Notes: generated from the letters alone by a model not told the origin. A stretch of DNA of 20,886 nucleotides from an uncultured Gammaproteobacteria bacterium (GCA_964553705.1 CAZKKV010000016.1:1-20886), one strand, 5' to 3'. Positions 8,375 through 16,721 are shown, counted from the first letter of the stretch. A program made the numbers and translations.

Positions 8375-8566
8375 TTATTTAAGCTCAAATAACTTTTCTA
8401 TTGAAATATCTAAAATTTTAGCCACCTCAGTAGCCAACTTCAATGACGGTACATATTTACCCTGCTCCAAAAAAACAATCGTCTCCCGTCTAACGCCGAC
8501 TTTTTGCGCCAAGTCTTCTTGCGTTAAGTTATTTTTTGTTCTTAATTCTTTAATTCTATTTTTCAT
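8375..8566 (-). CDS. XRE-family helix-turn-helix transcriptional regulator (Cro/CI-type, 63 aa)
   Basis: [39 protein letters not shown] is a canonical HTH_XRE. Confidence 0.9.
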   Translation of the reverse strand: MKNRIKELRTKNNLTQEDLAQKVGVRRETIVFLEQGKYVPSLKLATEVAKILDISIEKLFELK

Positions 8567-8568
8567 AT

Positions 8569-8940
8569 CTATTTTCGTTTATTTAATATTTTGAAAATCA
8601 AAACATTAAGAATCATCAAAAAACAAATAGAATAAGCAATGGCATTAATCCAGTTTTGATAATCAAGATTGTCCAGAGAAGCCAAAAATATAACTATAAT
8701 TGCTCCAATGAACGAATAGACATAAATAGTATAGCGAGAAGCATCGCCAGTAATTTTGTAATCACGCTCATCAGTCAAAACTTCTTTGACGTTTTTCTTT
8801 ATTATCAATAAAAATGCCAAAGTAGCCAGCAGAGAGATAATCGGCAAAACCCAAAAACCATTAACTACAGAAGTTGATACAACAATTGTCAAAACAATCA
8901 TCGTTAATAATTTGATTGCTAAAAATTGTTTTTTACTCAT
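8569..8940 (-). CDS. small 3-4 TM membrane protein; resembles the DUF2178-type partner commonly paired with short XRE regulators
   Basis: 123 aa; hydrophobic helices; the stop lies 2 nt from the XRE start (operon); assignment by gene context, not strong sequence signature. Confidence 0.7.
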   Translation of the reverse strand: MSKKQFLAIKLLTMIVLTIVVSTSVVNGFWVLPIISLLATLAFLLIIKKNVKEVLTDERDYKITGDASRYTIYVYSFIGAIIVIFLASLDNLDYQNWINAIAYSICFLMILNVLIFKILNKRK

Positions 8941-8966
8941 ATTTTCGATTTAATTACTTATATCTT

Positions 8967-8988
8967 TATGTTAGATTATTCTAACATA
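8967..8988. promoter_or_regulatory. perfect palindrome TATGTTAGA-ttat-TCTAACATA, overlapping the -10 region of a minus-strand promoter (TTGACA revcomp of 8991-8996, 17-nt spacer, -10 TAACAT revcomp of 8968-8973) for the membrane-protein/XRE operon; candidate XRE operator
   Basis: 9-bp perfect inverted arms; adjacent second imperfect repeat TTGTCAA-N8-TTGACAG (8990-9011), which also supplies a plus-strand TTGACA(9005-9010)-17-TATTTT promoter. Confidence 0.45.
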
Positions 8989-9186
8989 ATTGTCAAGGTC
9001 CTATTTGACAGATTTAAAAATGTTTGATATTTTAAACAGTTCATTAAAAACAAAATCCAAAGAGGGGGATGAAGAAATGAAACAACATGAAATAATAGAG
9101 AAGATGTTAACAAACAAAACTCCTGCTTTATGTCAAACCTATTTACCGTTTTACACTGAAACGGTAAATATGCTAAGATATAAGAT

Positions 9187-9849
9187 ATGTCAGATGAAAC
9201 AACCCAAAACAATCAAATTTCCGACGACAGTAACTCTGAATCTGTGCAACCAAGCCCTGCTTCGCCCGAACCAACACCAGAAGTAATTCCGACTGACAAT
9301 GTTTTAATCCAGGAAAATCCAGTACCAACGGTTTCTCCTCCCCTAATTGACAAGCAATCACTTGAAATCGACGACCCTTCTCCATCGCCTTCCCTACCTA
9401 TTAAAGACGAAGAATCACTTAATAACGTTATTGATGACATTAAAACTGAAACAATAAATCATGCCCAAAATACGCCTACTGTCCAAGAAACTGAAAATAC
9501 ACCAACAGAAGAAAAAACTGAACCTCAACCCGTTCAAGACGAAACAAAAGTAATCTCCACAACAAAAATCACTAGTCAGTTAATTGATCAACAAAAAATT
9601 TTTAAGAATATTCTATTAGAAAAGTTAATTATAGCCAGACAAGAGAAAAAGAGACGAGCCGAAGACAAAAAAAATAAAATTCTAGAATACGCTCGCTCGC
9701 ATAATCGCATAGATAGCCAGACTGTCAAAAAACTAACTGGCCTAAAGCGAGAACGCATCAGGTATTATCTTAATCAACTGGAAAAAGAAAATAAACTACT
9801 TCAAATAGGTCGATCAGGCCCAAAAGTTTTTTACATGCCGAAAAACTAA
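9187..9849 (+). CDS. hypothetical protein: long acidic Pro/Thr/Ser/Glu-rich low-complexity N-terminus and C-terminal winged-helix-like DNA-binding domain
   Basis: 220 aa open frame in an AT-rich genome; C-terminus KILEYARSHNRIDSQTVKKLTGLKRERIRYYLNQLEKENKLLQIGRSGPKVFY resembles wHTH; no SD at the annotated ATG; overlapped out of frame by a 98-codon ORF that has a strong RBS. Confidence 0.55.
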   Translation: MSDETTQNNQISDDSNSESVQPSPASPEPTPEVIPTDNVLIQENPVPTVSPPLIDKQSLEIDDPSPSPSLPIKDEESLNNVIDDIKTETINHAQNTPTVQETENTPTEEKTEPQPVQDETKVISTTKITSQLIDQQKIFKNILLEKLIIARQEKKRRAEDKKNKILEYARSHNRIDSQTVKKLTGLKRERIRYYLNQLEKENKLLQIGRSGPKVFYMPKN

Positions 9850-9879
9850 AATATAAATTCATGAAATTACAAAAAAATT

Positions 9880-10311
9880 ATGCCACCAACTTATCTATTT
9901 ATATTAATGATATTGTCAGCTTGACTACACTATCTTTTTCCTCTAGCTAAAATTATAAATTATCCAGTCAGTTTCTTCGGTATTATTTTAATCATTGCCA
10001 GGGCCTTTTTGTCTCTTTGGATGAACACAATATTTAAAAAAGAAAAAACGGCCATCAAACCGTTTCAAAAATCTCAAGCGCTAATAACCTACGGACCATT
10101 CAGAATCTCTCGCCACCCAAATTATCTCGGCATGTTAACAATTCTTATTGGAGAATTATTTATTTTAGGCTCGTTAACATATCTGATAGCACCTGCTGTC
10201 TTTTTTATTCTAATGGAAACTCTATCTATTCCGCAGGAAGAAAAAATGATAGCAGAAACTTTTGGCAAAGAATACTTAGACTACAAAAAGAAAACTAGAA
10301 AATGGTTCTAA
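9880..10311 (+). pseudogene. isoprenylcysteine carboxyl methyltransferase (ICMT)/phospholipid methyltransferase family membrane enzyme, about 143 codons, interrupted by an in-frame TGA at 9922-9924
   Basis: ATG 9880 MPPTYLFILMILSA*LHYLFPLAKIINYPVSFFGIILIIARAFLSLWMNTIF... is in frame with ORF 10009-10311; hallmark GPFRISRHPNYLG and C-terminal EE..L...FG..Y..Y motif; the ORF track only recovers the C-terminal 100 aa from a TTG. Confidence 0.6.
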
Positions 10312-10329
10312 AATTGTAATAAAGTTTGT

Positions 10330-11430
10330 CTATTTTTTAGCGTACCACCACGAAGCAATAAAAGTAGAGATTGGCACCGCCAAAATTAAACCAATACTAC
10401 CGACCAATGCTCTGACAATTTCTGTAGCAATAATTTCATTATTCGCAATTTGGCTCCAACTGGAAAAAGCACTTTGCCCAGAGATAAACAAAATTAACAA
10501 AGGCAAAGATACTCCGGCATAAGCTAAAAATAAAGTATTGGACATTGAAGAAATATGAGAAATGCCAATTTGATAAGCTCTTTTAAAGAGTTCTTTTTTA
10601 TTTAAAAAAGTATCGGTTTTTGCTAGCTGTTCAACTGACGCCACTTGCGATATCACTACGTCATCAAGTGCGCCAAGGAAACCAATAATAATACCTGCCA
10701 GAAGTAGACCTTGAAAATTTATACTTTGTCCGCCAAAACTAATAAGAAACATTGCTTCATCACTGATTATGCCAGTTAATTTTGTTAGACTGACAAACAA
10801 CTGTGACAAAAACAAAGTTAAAGCCAAACCAATAAAAACACTAACCACTGCTACATGTGAACGGATGCAAAATCCTTCAGTTAAATAAATAATTATCAAG
10901 AGTATTACCAAAGAACCAAATAAAGTTATAATCACTGGATTAGCGCCAGTAAGTATTTGCGGCAAAATAAATTTAACAATAATTAAAAATGACAACGCCA
11001 ATGATAAAAGTGACCGAAAACCTTTCCAACGCCCAACAATCAAAAGTGTTAAAATAAAAAATCCCGCTAGCCCTAACAAACTATTATTTCTGACATAATC
11101 AGTAATATAGAAAAAAACATTTTCTTGATCATCATAACTGGCAACTACCAATACTTTATCTCCTGAATGATAAATATTGTTTTTCAAGACTTCAAGTTCA
11201 TTTATATTATTTATTACAAATTCCTTATCGGTAAATTCTCCATCAAGTCCTTTTAACAATAAGTCTTGTTGAATAATTTTTTGTCCATTATCTGTCTCTA
11301 TTTCTTGTTGTTCAACCACTTCTAAGACTTTAGCATTGAAGAAACTGTCATCAATTGCTATAACTGGACAAATAGGCGCTGATATAAAAATAATTGAAAG
11401 CAAAAATAAAAGATAATTTATTTTTTTCAT
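10330..11430 (-). CDS. YibE/F-like polytopic membrane protein (signal peptide, about 110-aa extracytoplasmic domain, 6-7 TM helices)
   Basis: 366 aa; architecture and GALDDVVISQVASV-type segment recall the YibE/F family; TAG stop. Confidence 0.6.
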   Translation of the reverse strand: MKKINYLLFLLSIIFISAPICPVIAIDDSFFNAKVLEVVEQQEIETDNGQKIIQQDLLLKGLDGEFTDKEFVINNINELEVLKNNIYHSGDKVLVVASYDDQENVFFYITDYVRNNSLLGLAGFFILTLLIVGRWKGFRSLLSLALSFLIIVKFILPQILTGANPVIITLFGSLVILLIIIYLTEGFCIRSHVAVVSVFIGLALTLFLSQLFVSLTKLTGIISDEAMFLISFGGQSINFQGLLLAGIIIGFLGALDDVVISQVASVEQLAKTDTFLNKKELFKRAYQIGISHISSMSNTLFLAYAGVSLPLLILFISGQSAFSSWSQIANNEIIATEIVRALVGSIGLILAVPISTFIASWWYAKK

Positions 11431-11501
11431 GATTTTATTTTATCTATAATTAATTATAATTTTAGCACGATATTTTGAATCATCCCAGTCAGCCTTCAAT
11501 C

Positions 11502-11530
11502 TTGACAAAAAAGCCAATTACCGCTATACT
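11502..11530 (+). promoter_or_regulatory. near-consensus sigma70 promoter TTGACA-17-TATACT
   Basis: TTGACA 11502-11507, 17-nt spacer, TATACT 11525-11530; about 60 nt upstream of the zinc-ribbon ORF. Confidence 0.6.
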
Positions 11531-11595
11531 GATTTCATAATTAAATAATATTTGCGTTCTTTTCCAAAATAAATTAACGCAAACAAAAAATCTAA

Positions 11596-11766
11596 ATGTC
11601 AGATTACAACAACGGCGGCGACCGCCAGATGTACCAAGGCGATTGGACTTGCTCCGAATGTGGGGCCAAGATCACTGAATTGCCTTTTCAACCGGATGGA
11701 GACAGGCCGCTTTTCTGCCGAGATTGCCACAGGCAAAAAAGGCAGGACAGACCAAGACGATTCTAA
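11596..11766 (+). CDS. small zinc-ribbon protein (56 aa; CxxC-x17-CxxC, zf-trcl-like)
   Basis: MSDYNNGGDRQMYQGDWTCSECGAKITELPFQPDGDRPLFCRDCHRQKRQDRPRRF; not in the ORF track (under 60 aa); the overlapping 90-aa minus-strand ORF is low complexity and rejected; upstream of cspA on the same strand. Confidence 0.6.
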   Translation: MSDYNNGGDRQMYQGDWTCSECGAKITELPFQPDGDRPLFCRDCHRQKRQDRPRRF

Positions 11767-11825
11767 GACAGAATCTCTTGCCAGAAACATATTATAGACC
11801 ACAAATCGATTAATATATTTCTCGT

Positions 11826-11866
11826 CCAAACAAAAACCGTTCCAATTTATTGGGGCGGTTTTTGCG
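11826..11866 (+). terminator. rho-independent terminator AAAACCGUUCCAA-UUUA-UUGGGGCGGUUUUUG (two G·U pairs on the plus strand)
   Basis: stem plus T-run read directly after the zinc-ribbon stop. Confidence 0.55.
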
Positions 11867-12030
11867 TACAAGAAAGCATTGTCAAAAATAATTTTTTATG
11901 CTAATTTTACAATATTGAATTTTTTCTTTAAAAAATCTCAACAACAGCCCGTGAGGCTATTAATAGTAAATGTAGAAATCAAGTCGAATTTCTACTAGCT
12001 ATTTTATAATTAATTTGATTTTCTACATTC

Positions 12031-12228
12031 ATGCAAGGAACTATTAAAAAATTGACTGATAAGCATTTTGGCTTTATCAGTCAGGAAGGCGTTGAAAAAG
12101 ATTTATTCTTTCACGCCAATGAATTGGTTGATGTGGAATTCGACCAACTCAGAGAAGGCGATGCCGTCACCTTTGAGATAAGCGATACTCCAAAAGGCCA
12201 AGCTGCCGTGCAAGTAAAAAAAGCTTAA
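12031..12228 (+). CDS. cspA: cold-shock protein (CspA family)
   Basis: 65 aa; GTIKKLTDKHFGFISQEG...DLFFHANEL... is canonical CSD with RNP1/RNP2; structured 5' UTR with nested inverted repeats (AAATGTAGAAAT...ATTTCTAC...TTTTCTACATT, 11967-12029). Confidence 0.95.
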   Translation: MQGTIKKLTDKHFGFISQEGVEKDLFFHANELVDVEFDQLREGDAVTFEISDTPKGQAAVQVKKA

Positions 12229-12254
12229 GACTTTTTTAGATAGCGCAAAACAAA

Positions 12255-12290
12255 AACCGCCCCAAATACTCGGGGTGGTTTTTGCGTATT
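12255..12290 (+). terminator. rho-independent terminator AACCGCCCC-AAAUACU-CGGGGUGGUUUUUG after cspA
   Basis: GC stem plus T-run; flanks shared with the terminators at 11826 and 15575 (acaaaaaccg...ggtttttgcgta). Confidence 0.6.
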
Positions 12291-12321
12291 TAAAAATTGG
12301 GGGGTAAAAATTATTTCATAT

Positions 12322-12855
12322 TCAATCGAGATGAAGTTTATATAAACAAATAAAATCTTTTTCCCATTCCCAAGCTAAGCCAGGGTATTTTTTGATTAAA
12401 TTTCTTAATTCATTTATCATTTTTTTACTTTTTAAATATTCCATATAATTTAAAAATTTTTTATTACTTATTTTTTTCAAGCTTGGGCATAATTTTTTTC
12501 TCATTCGAGATAAAAAAATTTCTCTATTTTTTTTAACCAAAATAAATGGCCACAATGCGCAATCTAAAGGACGACAATCGTAAACTTGGCATTCATTAGT
12601 TTCTTCGTTTAAAAATGGGCACAAATAAATATTTGTTTTTTTTGATTTTTTTAAACGTACTTGAAAAATATTTTTATTTTTTTTAAACTGCTTAAAATTA
12701 ATTCTTGTCCCCGTTTTTTTATAAATATTATTTGTTTCAATGTCAGTAGCAATTGGTGCAAAATACTTATCTTTTAATAGAAAACGACAACAAGGCGTGT
12801 GGCAAGAGAAACAATCCTGTGAATTTATTATTTTATTTATTTTTATTTCTAACAT
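12322..12855 (-). CDS. YkgJ/UPF0153-family CxxCxxCC putative zinc/iron-chelating protein
   Basis: 177 aa; CFSCHTPCC plus CPFLNEETNECQVYDCRPLDCALWPF matches the C..C...CC ... C..Y..RP..C..YP signature (PF03692-like); 14 nt downstream of the ATP-grasp gene (operon). Confidence 0.75.
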   Translation of the reverse strand: MLEIKINKIINSQDCFSCHTPCCRFLLKDKYFAPIATDIETNNIYKKTGTRINFKQFKKNKNIFQVRLKKSKKTNIYLCPFLNEETNECQVYDCRPLDCALWPFILVKKNREIFLSRMRKKLCPSLKKISNKKFLNYMEYLKSKKMINELRNLIKKYPGLAWEWEKDFICLYKLHLD

Positions 12856-12869
12856 TTTGATTTTAAAGA

Positions 12870-15353
12870 TTAAATAATATTTGTCTGCAAATGATAATAA
12901 CTAGGCTTATTTTTGTAGCGTTTGATTGTCATTCTGATTATTTCTTCCAAAAAATCTCCATAATCCATGCCAACAAATTTTGAAGTGCGTGACAAACAAT
13001 CTTTTACATTAATAGATGGATTAGGGTTTAATTCCAAAACATAAGGGTTATTATTCTTGTCAACTTTTACTTCTACTCGACCGTAATCATGACAGTCTAA
13101 AATATTATAAGTATCAAGAGCAATTTCGGTAATCAAAGATTCTAGTTTTTTATTACTATTTTTGGACGGCTCTTCCACTATGACAGTTTTATAAACCGGA
13201 TCGTTTGCCCATTTGGAATCATAAGCATAAATATGCCAATAACCCTTAGGCATTTTATCAAAAATTGAGCGCGATAAAGGCAGAACGCGTAAGTCGTCCT
13301 CCTCACTACCAATAATAGGCACGTCATATTCATCACCTTCAATATATTCTTCAATCAATGCTGGGCTACCCAACTCAACAATTACTTTTTTCAATTGTTT
13401 TTTTAATTCTCGTTTATTTATCACCACTGATTCATTGGTAATGCCTATTGAATTGTCAGTATTGGCTGGCTTAACTATCAGGGGGTATTTTAATTCGTCG
13501 TCAATTTCATCATCAATGTTGTAAGCATAATCCCATTTGGCTGTCGGAATACCATGATAGGTTAATAATTTTTTTACTCTGATTTTATCAATACATAAAC
13601 CAAGCGTAAATGGATTGGAACCGGTATAAGGAATTTGCAATATGTCAAAAATCGAAGCAGCATGCGGTTCTAATAAACTGGAATTATTTATTCTTTCGCA
13701 GACATTAAAAACCAAATCAACGTTGCTGTCTTTTAACTCGTTAAACGCTTTTGGTAAATCGTTAAAATCAAAAAAAGTTGCTTGGTAGCCTCTTTCACCT
13801 AAAGTTTTTTCAATATTTTTACCTACAGAAAAAAGTTCAGTGTCAATAACTTCATTTTCATCTAGCGGTAAGTTGCAAGCGATACCGATATGCAAATTAC
13901 GTTGATTAGCAATTAATAATCGTCTGATTTTTTCCAATTTAGCAGCGCCTTTCAAAATTTCTTTATTAGCCGAAGCCATAGAGAATCTGTTTCTTCTTAA
14001 TGTCTTGCCGATTGAAGATGCCGGATCAAATTTGGCAGTTTCATAACGAACACTTTTTAAAATTTCATCAAGATTGTCTTCAGCGTCAATTGGATTATCG
14101 CCAGAGGCAACCATCCAACCCAAATATTCATAACCTTCTGGCGGGACTAGGACGGTGTCGCCGATTTTTTTAAACAAATACAACTCTTCAAGATTTTTAT
14201 TTTTTTTAATTTTTTCATCAACATCCAATTTAACTAGTAATCCTGAATCATCGGGCGTAAAAGTATTACTAATTAAATATTTATACGGTTCAATCGGTTT
14301 TTTTAACTTCTCAACATAAATTCCCAGAGCGATTTTCACAGCATTTTCAATCAAATCAACTCTCCAAGCTTCTTTGGTAAAGGCGTATGTTTCATCACCA
14401 CCCATTCTTAAATTTATTTCAATCGGCACTGGACCGTTTTTTGTTGCTTTGGCTTCAAAATGAATACAGCCGTTTTGTATTTCTAATTTTTCTAAAACTC
14501 TTTCTGCCATTTCGAATAAAGCTGTTTGATCCTTTTCTGGCAAGTCAGACGGAATAGCTTGTTGATGTTCAATAAAAAAAGGTTCTTCAGTTTTGTAATT
14601 ATCAACGATTGAATAAAATTTTATTTTGCCATTTTGTAATAAAATATCAATATCAACTTCATCGCCGTCAATATATTCTTCAATTAAAATTTCCACACCT
14701 TCACTCAATGACGATTCAACGGCTGGTGAAATATTTTTTTTGACGTAATTATATGTGTCAAAAAAATCGTCCTGATTTTCAGCTTTGACAACAAAAGCGC
14801 TTGAAGAGCCAAAAATCGGTTTGAAGACAACTGGAAATTTCAAACCATTTGTTGCACGACCAATGTCTTTGTCGGATTTAATCAGCAAATGTCTTGGAAA
14901 AGCAATACTATTTTCTTCACAAAATTGTCTGAACAAAAATTTATTACGTGCTTTTTTGGCAGTTTCTAATGGAATGCCAACCAAATTAAGTTGCTCAACT
15001 ATTTTGGAAATCAATAGCACGTCATCTTCCCAAAAAGTAATTACACCGTCAATATTTATCTCAGAATGAGAAGCCAAGAATTGCTCTAAATCTTCCAAAG
15101 CTTTGGCGTGATTGCGGTTATCAGTAATCACCCAATCGTCAACATAAGGACTAGCCCAATTTTTTTCCGGATTTATGACAATTATTTTTAAACCGAGTCT
15201 TTTAAGTTTTTGAACGATAAACTTTTTTTTGAGTGAACCAGTATTGACCAACAACAAGGTTTTACCTGCAAACAAACCATTATTCTGATGATTATTATTA
15301 TTGTTTTTTCTGCTATGATTCATAAAATTTTTTAGATAAACAAAAAAAGACAA
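12870..15353 (-). CDS. large tandem ATP-grasp ligase (two ATP-grasp modules; the C-terminal one is D-Ala-D-Ala-ligase-like)
   Basis: 827 aa; module 1 FPVVFKPIFGSSSAFVVKA...EINLRMGGDE; module 2 YPLIVKPANTDNSIGI...VLELNPNPS; TTG start called by the ORF track (an internal ATG at codon 11, MNHSRK, is an alternative). Confidence 0.85.
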   Translation of the reverse strand: MSFFVYLKNFMNHSRKNNNNNHQNNGLFAGKTLLLVNTGSLKKKFIVQKLKRLGLKIIVINPEKNWASPYVDDWVITDNRNHAKALEDLEQFLASHSEINIDGVITFWEDDVLLISKIVEQLNLVGIPLETAKKARNKFLFRQFCEENSIAFPRHLLIKSDKDIGRATNGLKFPVVFKPIFGSSSAFVVKAENQDDFFDTYNYVKKNISPAVESSLSEGVEILIEEYIDGDEVDIDILLQNGKIKFYSIVDNYKTEEPFFIEHQQAIPSDLPEKDQTALFEMAERVLEKLEIQNGCIHFEAKATKNGPVPIEINLRMGGDETYAFTKEAWRVDLIENAVKIALGIYVEKLKKPIEPYKYLISNTFTPDDSGLLVKLDVDEKIKKNKNLEELYLFKKIGDTVLVPPEGYEYLGWMVASGDNPIDAEDNLDEILKSVRYETAKFDPASSIGKTLRRNRFSMASANKEILKGAAKLEKIRRLLIANQRNLHIGIACNLPLDENEVIDTELFSVGKNIEKTLGERGYQATFFDFNDLPKAFNELKDSNVDLVFNVCERINNSSLLEPHAASIFDILQIPYTGSNPFTLGLCIDKIRVKKLLTYHGIPTAKWDYAYNIDDEIDDELKYPLIVKPANTDNSIGITNESVVINKRELKKQLKKVIVELGSPALIEEYIEGDEYDVPIIGSEEDDLRVLPLSRSIFDKMPKGYWHIYAYDSKWANDPVYKTVIVEEPSKNSNKKLESLITEIALDTYNILDCHDYGRVEVKVDKNNNPYVLELNPNPSINVKDCLSRTSKFVGMDYGDFLEEIIRMTIKRYKNKPSYYHLQTNII

Positions 15354-15395
15354 TTCGAAAAATGCCTTCTGTTCAAAAGTAATAATATTAAATTT

Positions 15396-15533
15396 TTAAT
15401 TTGTTCTGAACAAAAATTGTTCAGGGGGTCTGGTTCTGTATCCGAAAACGGATTCATATTTTAATTGTCGGCTAGCGCTTTGAGTTAAACGCAGTTGACG
15501 CGCCGGACGATTGTATTTACTAGATAGAATCAT
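15396..15533 (-). CDS. speculative 45-aa basic peptide ORF directly upstream of the ATP-grasp gene (MILSSKYNRPARQLRLTQSASRQLKYESVFGYRTRPPEQFLFRTN)
   Basis: open frame found by manual translation; no clear SD; locally GC-rich; position fits a candidate substrate/precursor peptide but this is inference only. Confidence 0.15.
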   Translation of the reverse strand: MILSSKYNRPARQLRLTQSASRQLKYESVFGYRTRPPEQFLFRTN

Positions 15534-15574
15534 TTTAGAACAACTGTAGAAAAAAGCAAGAGAGTAGACATAAA

Positions 15575-15606
15575 AACCGCTTCGATTACTCGGGGTGATT
15601 TTTATT
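15575..15606. terminator. hairpin AACCGCUUCG-AUUA-CUCGGGGUGAUUUUUAUUUU immediately 5' (plus orientation) of repeat copy A
   Basis: stem ccgcttcg/ctcggggtg with a wobble, T-run follows. Confidence 0.45.
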
Positions 15607-15612
15607 TTAGCT

Positions 15613-15672
15613 GGGTCACGTCGTGAAGGAGATTGGAACTGTATTTAAAAATATTGATAAATTTATTTATAT
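15613..15672. repeat. copy A of a ~60-nt direct repeat (core gggtcacgtcgtgaaggagattggaactgtatttaaa identical for 37 nt; 55/60 overall with copy B)
   Basis: direct comparison with 16948-17007; on the minus strand the repeat lies about 260 nt upstream of the ATP-grasp gene start and is preceded by a TATAAAT box. Confidence 0.75.
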
Positions 15673-15746
15673 TCCTTGTCTAATAAATAAAAACGACGGT
15701 TAACCAAACGAATGATTAACCGCCTTCAAGTTGAGAGGTGAACGGA

Positions 15747-16721
15747 TTATTTTTTCTCCTCTTTTTCCGCAGGAGGGGTCGGTGAAACAGTTTTTGTTCT
15801 ATTTACTTCATAATCACCGGGGGTAGCGGCGACCGGTGTTCCGTAGGGCATAAAAATAACTTTACTGATTGATTTTGCCTCTTCGCCAGTGACCAGATTG
15901 TTAAACGCATCAACGTATTTTTCCTTAATAGCCAGGTCTTTCCACTGAAGAAGTTCGGGGGCGATAGATAAAGCATTCGCCAAATTTTTAGCTTCTTGAG
16001 CTAAAACGTCCTTTTTGGCAACCTGCAAGGCTTTTTCTTTTACCTGACGCTTCTCGGAAATTTCGGTAGATTTTAAGAGTTCCTGCTCGGCAAGCATACG
16101 CGGGGGCGGATTGATGTTTGAAATATTCACACTCAATACCCCGATGGGAGTGCCCTTGAATTGCGTTCTCAACCAATTGGTAGCTTTTTCGTTCAATTCC
16201 GCTCGTTTTTCCTTGGCGGTTCCGTATTCTTCTTTACCGAGCATATTTCTGATTTCTGTGCGGAATGGCTCCCGATATCGGTCATTCCAAAAATTCATAT
16301 AGTTTTCAAAATAGTCTTTGGCATTTATTTTGAATTTCTCAATGTTTGCGTCGGGCGTGGCTGGAGAATTTATGATGTAAAGGATTACCGAGGCAGATAA
16401 TTCCATATTAATTCGGTCAACAGACATAATTCTGGCATCGGTTTCCTTGTTCTCGCCGGCTCCACCGATTGGACTAAAATATTCTTTGACCGTCCAGGGC
16501 TTATAGGTTTGATGGTATCGGATTCCATTGCACCAACCAAATCCATAAGATGACGGACCGATAATGATGCCCAGAAATTCACCTTTTTCCCCAATAATAA
16601 ATGGTTGGTTGGTGACATACCCCACTTCACCTGCTGGGACACTGGGGTTCGAGCAACCGATAGTGCTCACCAGAACAAAACATACAAGCAATACAAGCAA
16701 AAATCTGGAAAATCTTTTCAT
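15747..16721 (-). CDS. SPFH/band-7 (prohibitin-like) domain lipoprotein
   Basis: 324 aa; lipoprotein signal MKRFSRFLLVLLVCFVLVSTIGC (lipobox); central SPFH-like region and C-terminal coiled coil (AEQELLKSTEISEKRQVKEKALQVAKKDVLAQEAKNLANALS); AGGAGG RBS. Confidence 0.65.
   Translation of the reverse strand: MKRFSRFLLVLLVCFVLVSTIGCSNPSVPAGEVGYVTNQPFIIGEKGEFLGIIIGPSSYGFGWCNGIRYHQTYKPWTVKEYFSPIGGAGENKETDARIMSVDRINMELSASVILYIINSPATPDANIEKFKINAKDYFENYMNFWNDRYREPFRTEIRNMLGKEEYGTAKEKRAELNEKATNWLRTQFKGTPIGVLSVNISNINPPPRMLAEQELLKSTEISEKRQVKEKALQVAKKDVLAQEAKNLANALSIAPELLQWKDLAIKEKYVDAFNNLVTGEEAKSISKVIFMPYGTPVAATPGDYEVNRTKTVSPTPPAEKEEKK

Noticed and set aside
8990-9286. 98-aa ORF as an independent gene
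   Set aside because: It is kept only as a possible frameshift partner of the 220-aa ORF. As a stand-alone gene it would overlap the next gene by 100 nt out of frame.
11599-11871. 90-aa minus-strand ORF overlapping the zinc-ribbon gene
   Set aside because: No domain signature. The opposite strand encodes a clean CxxC-x17-CxxC zinc ribbon with its own promoter and terminator.
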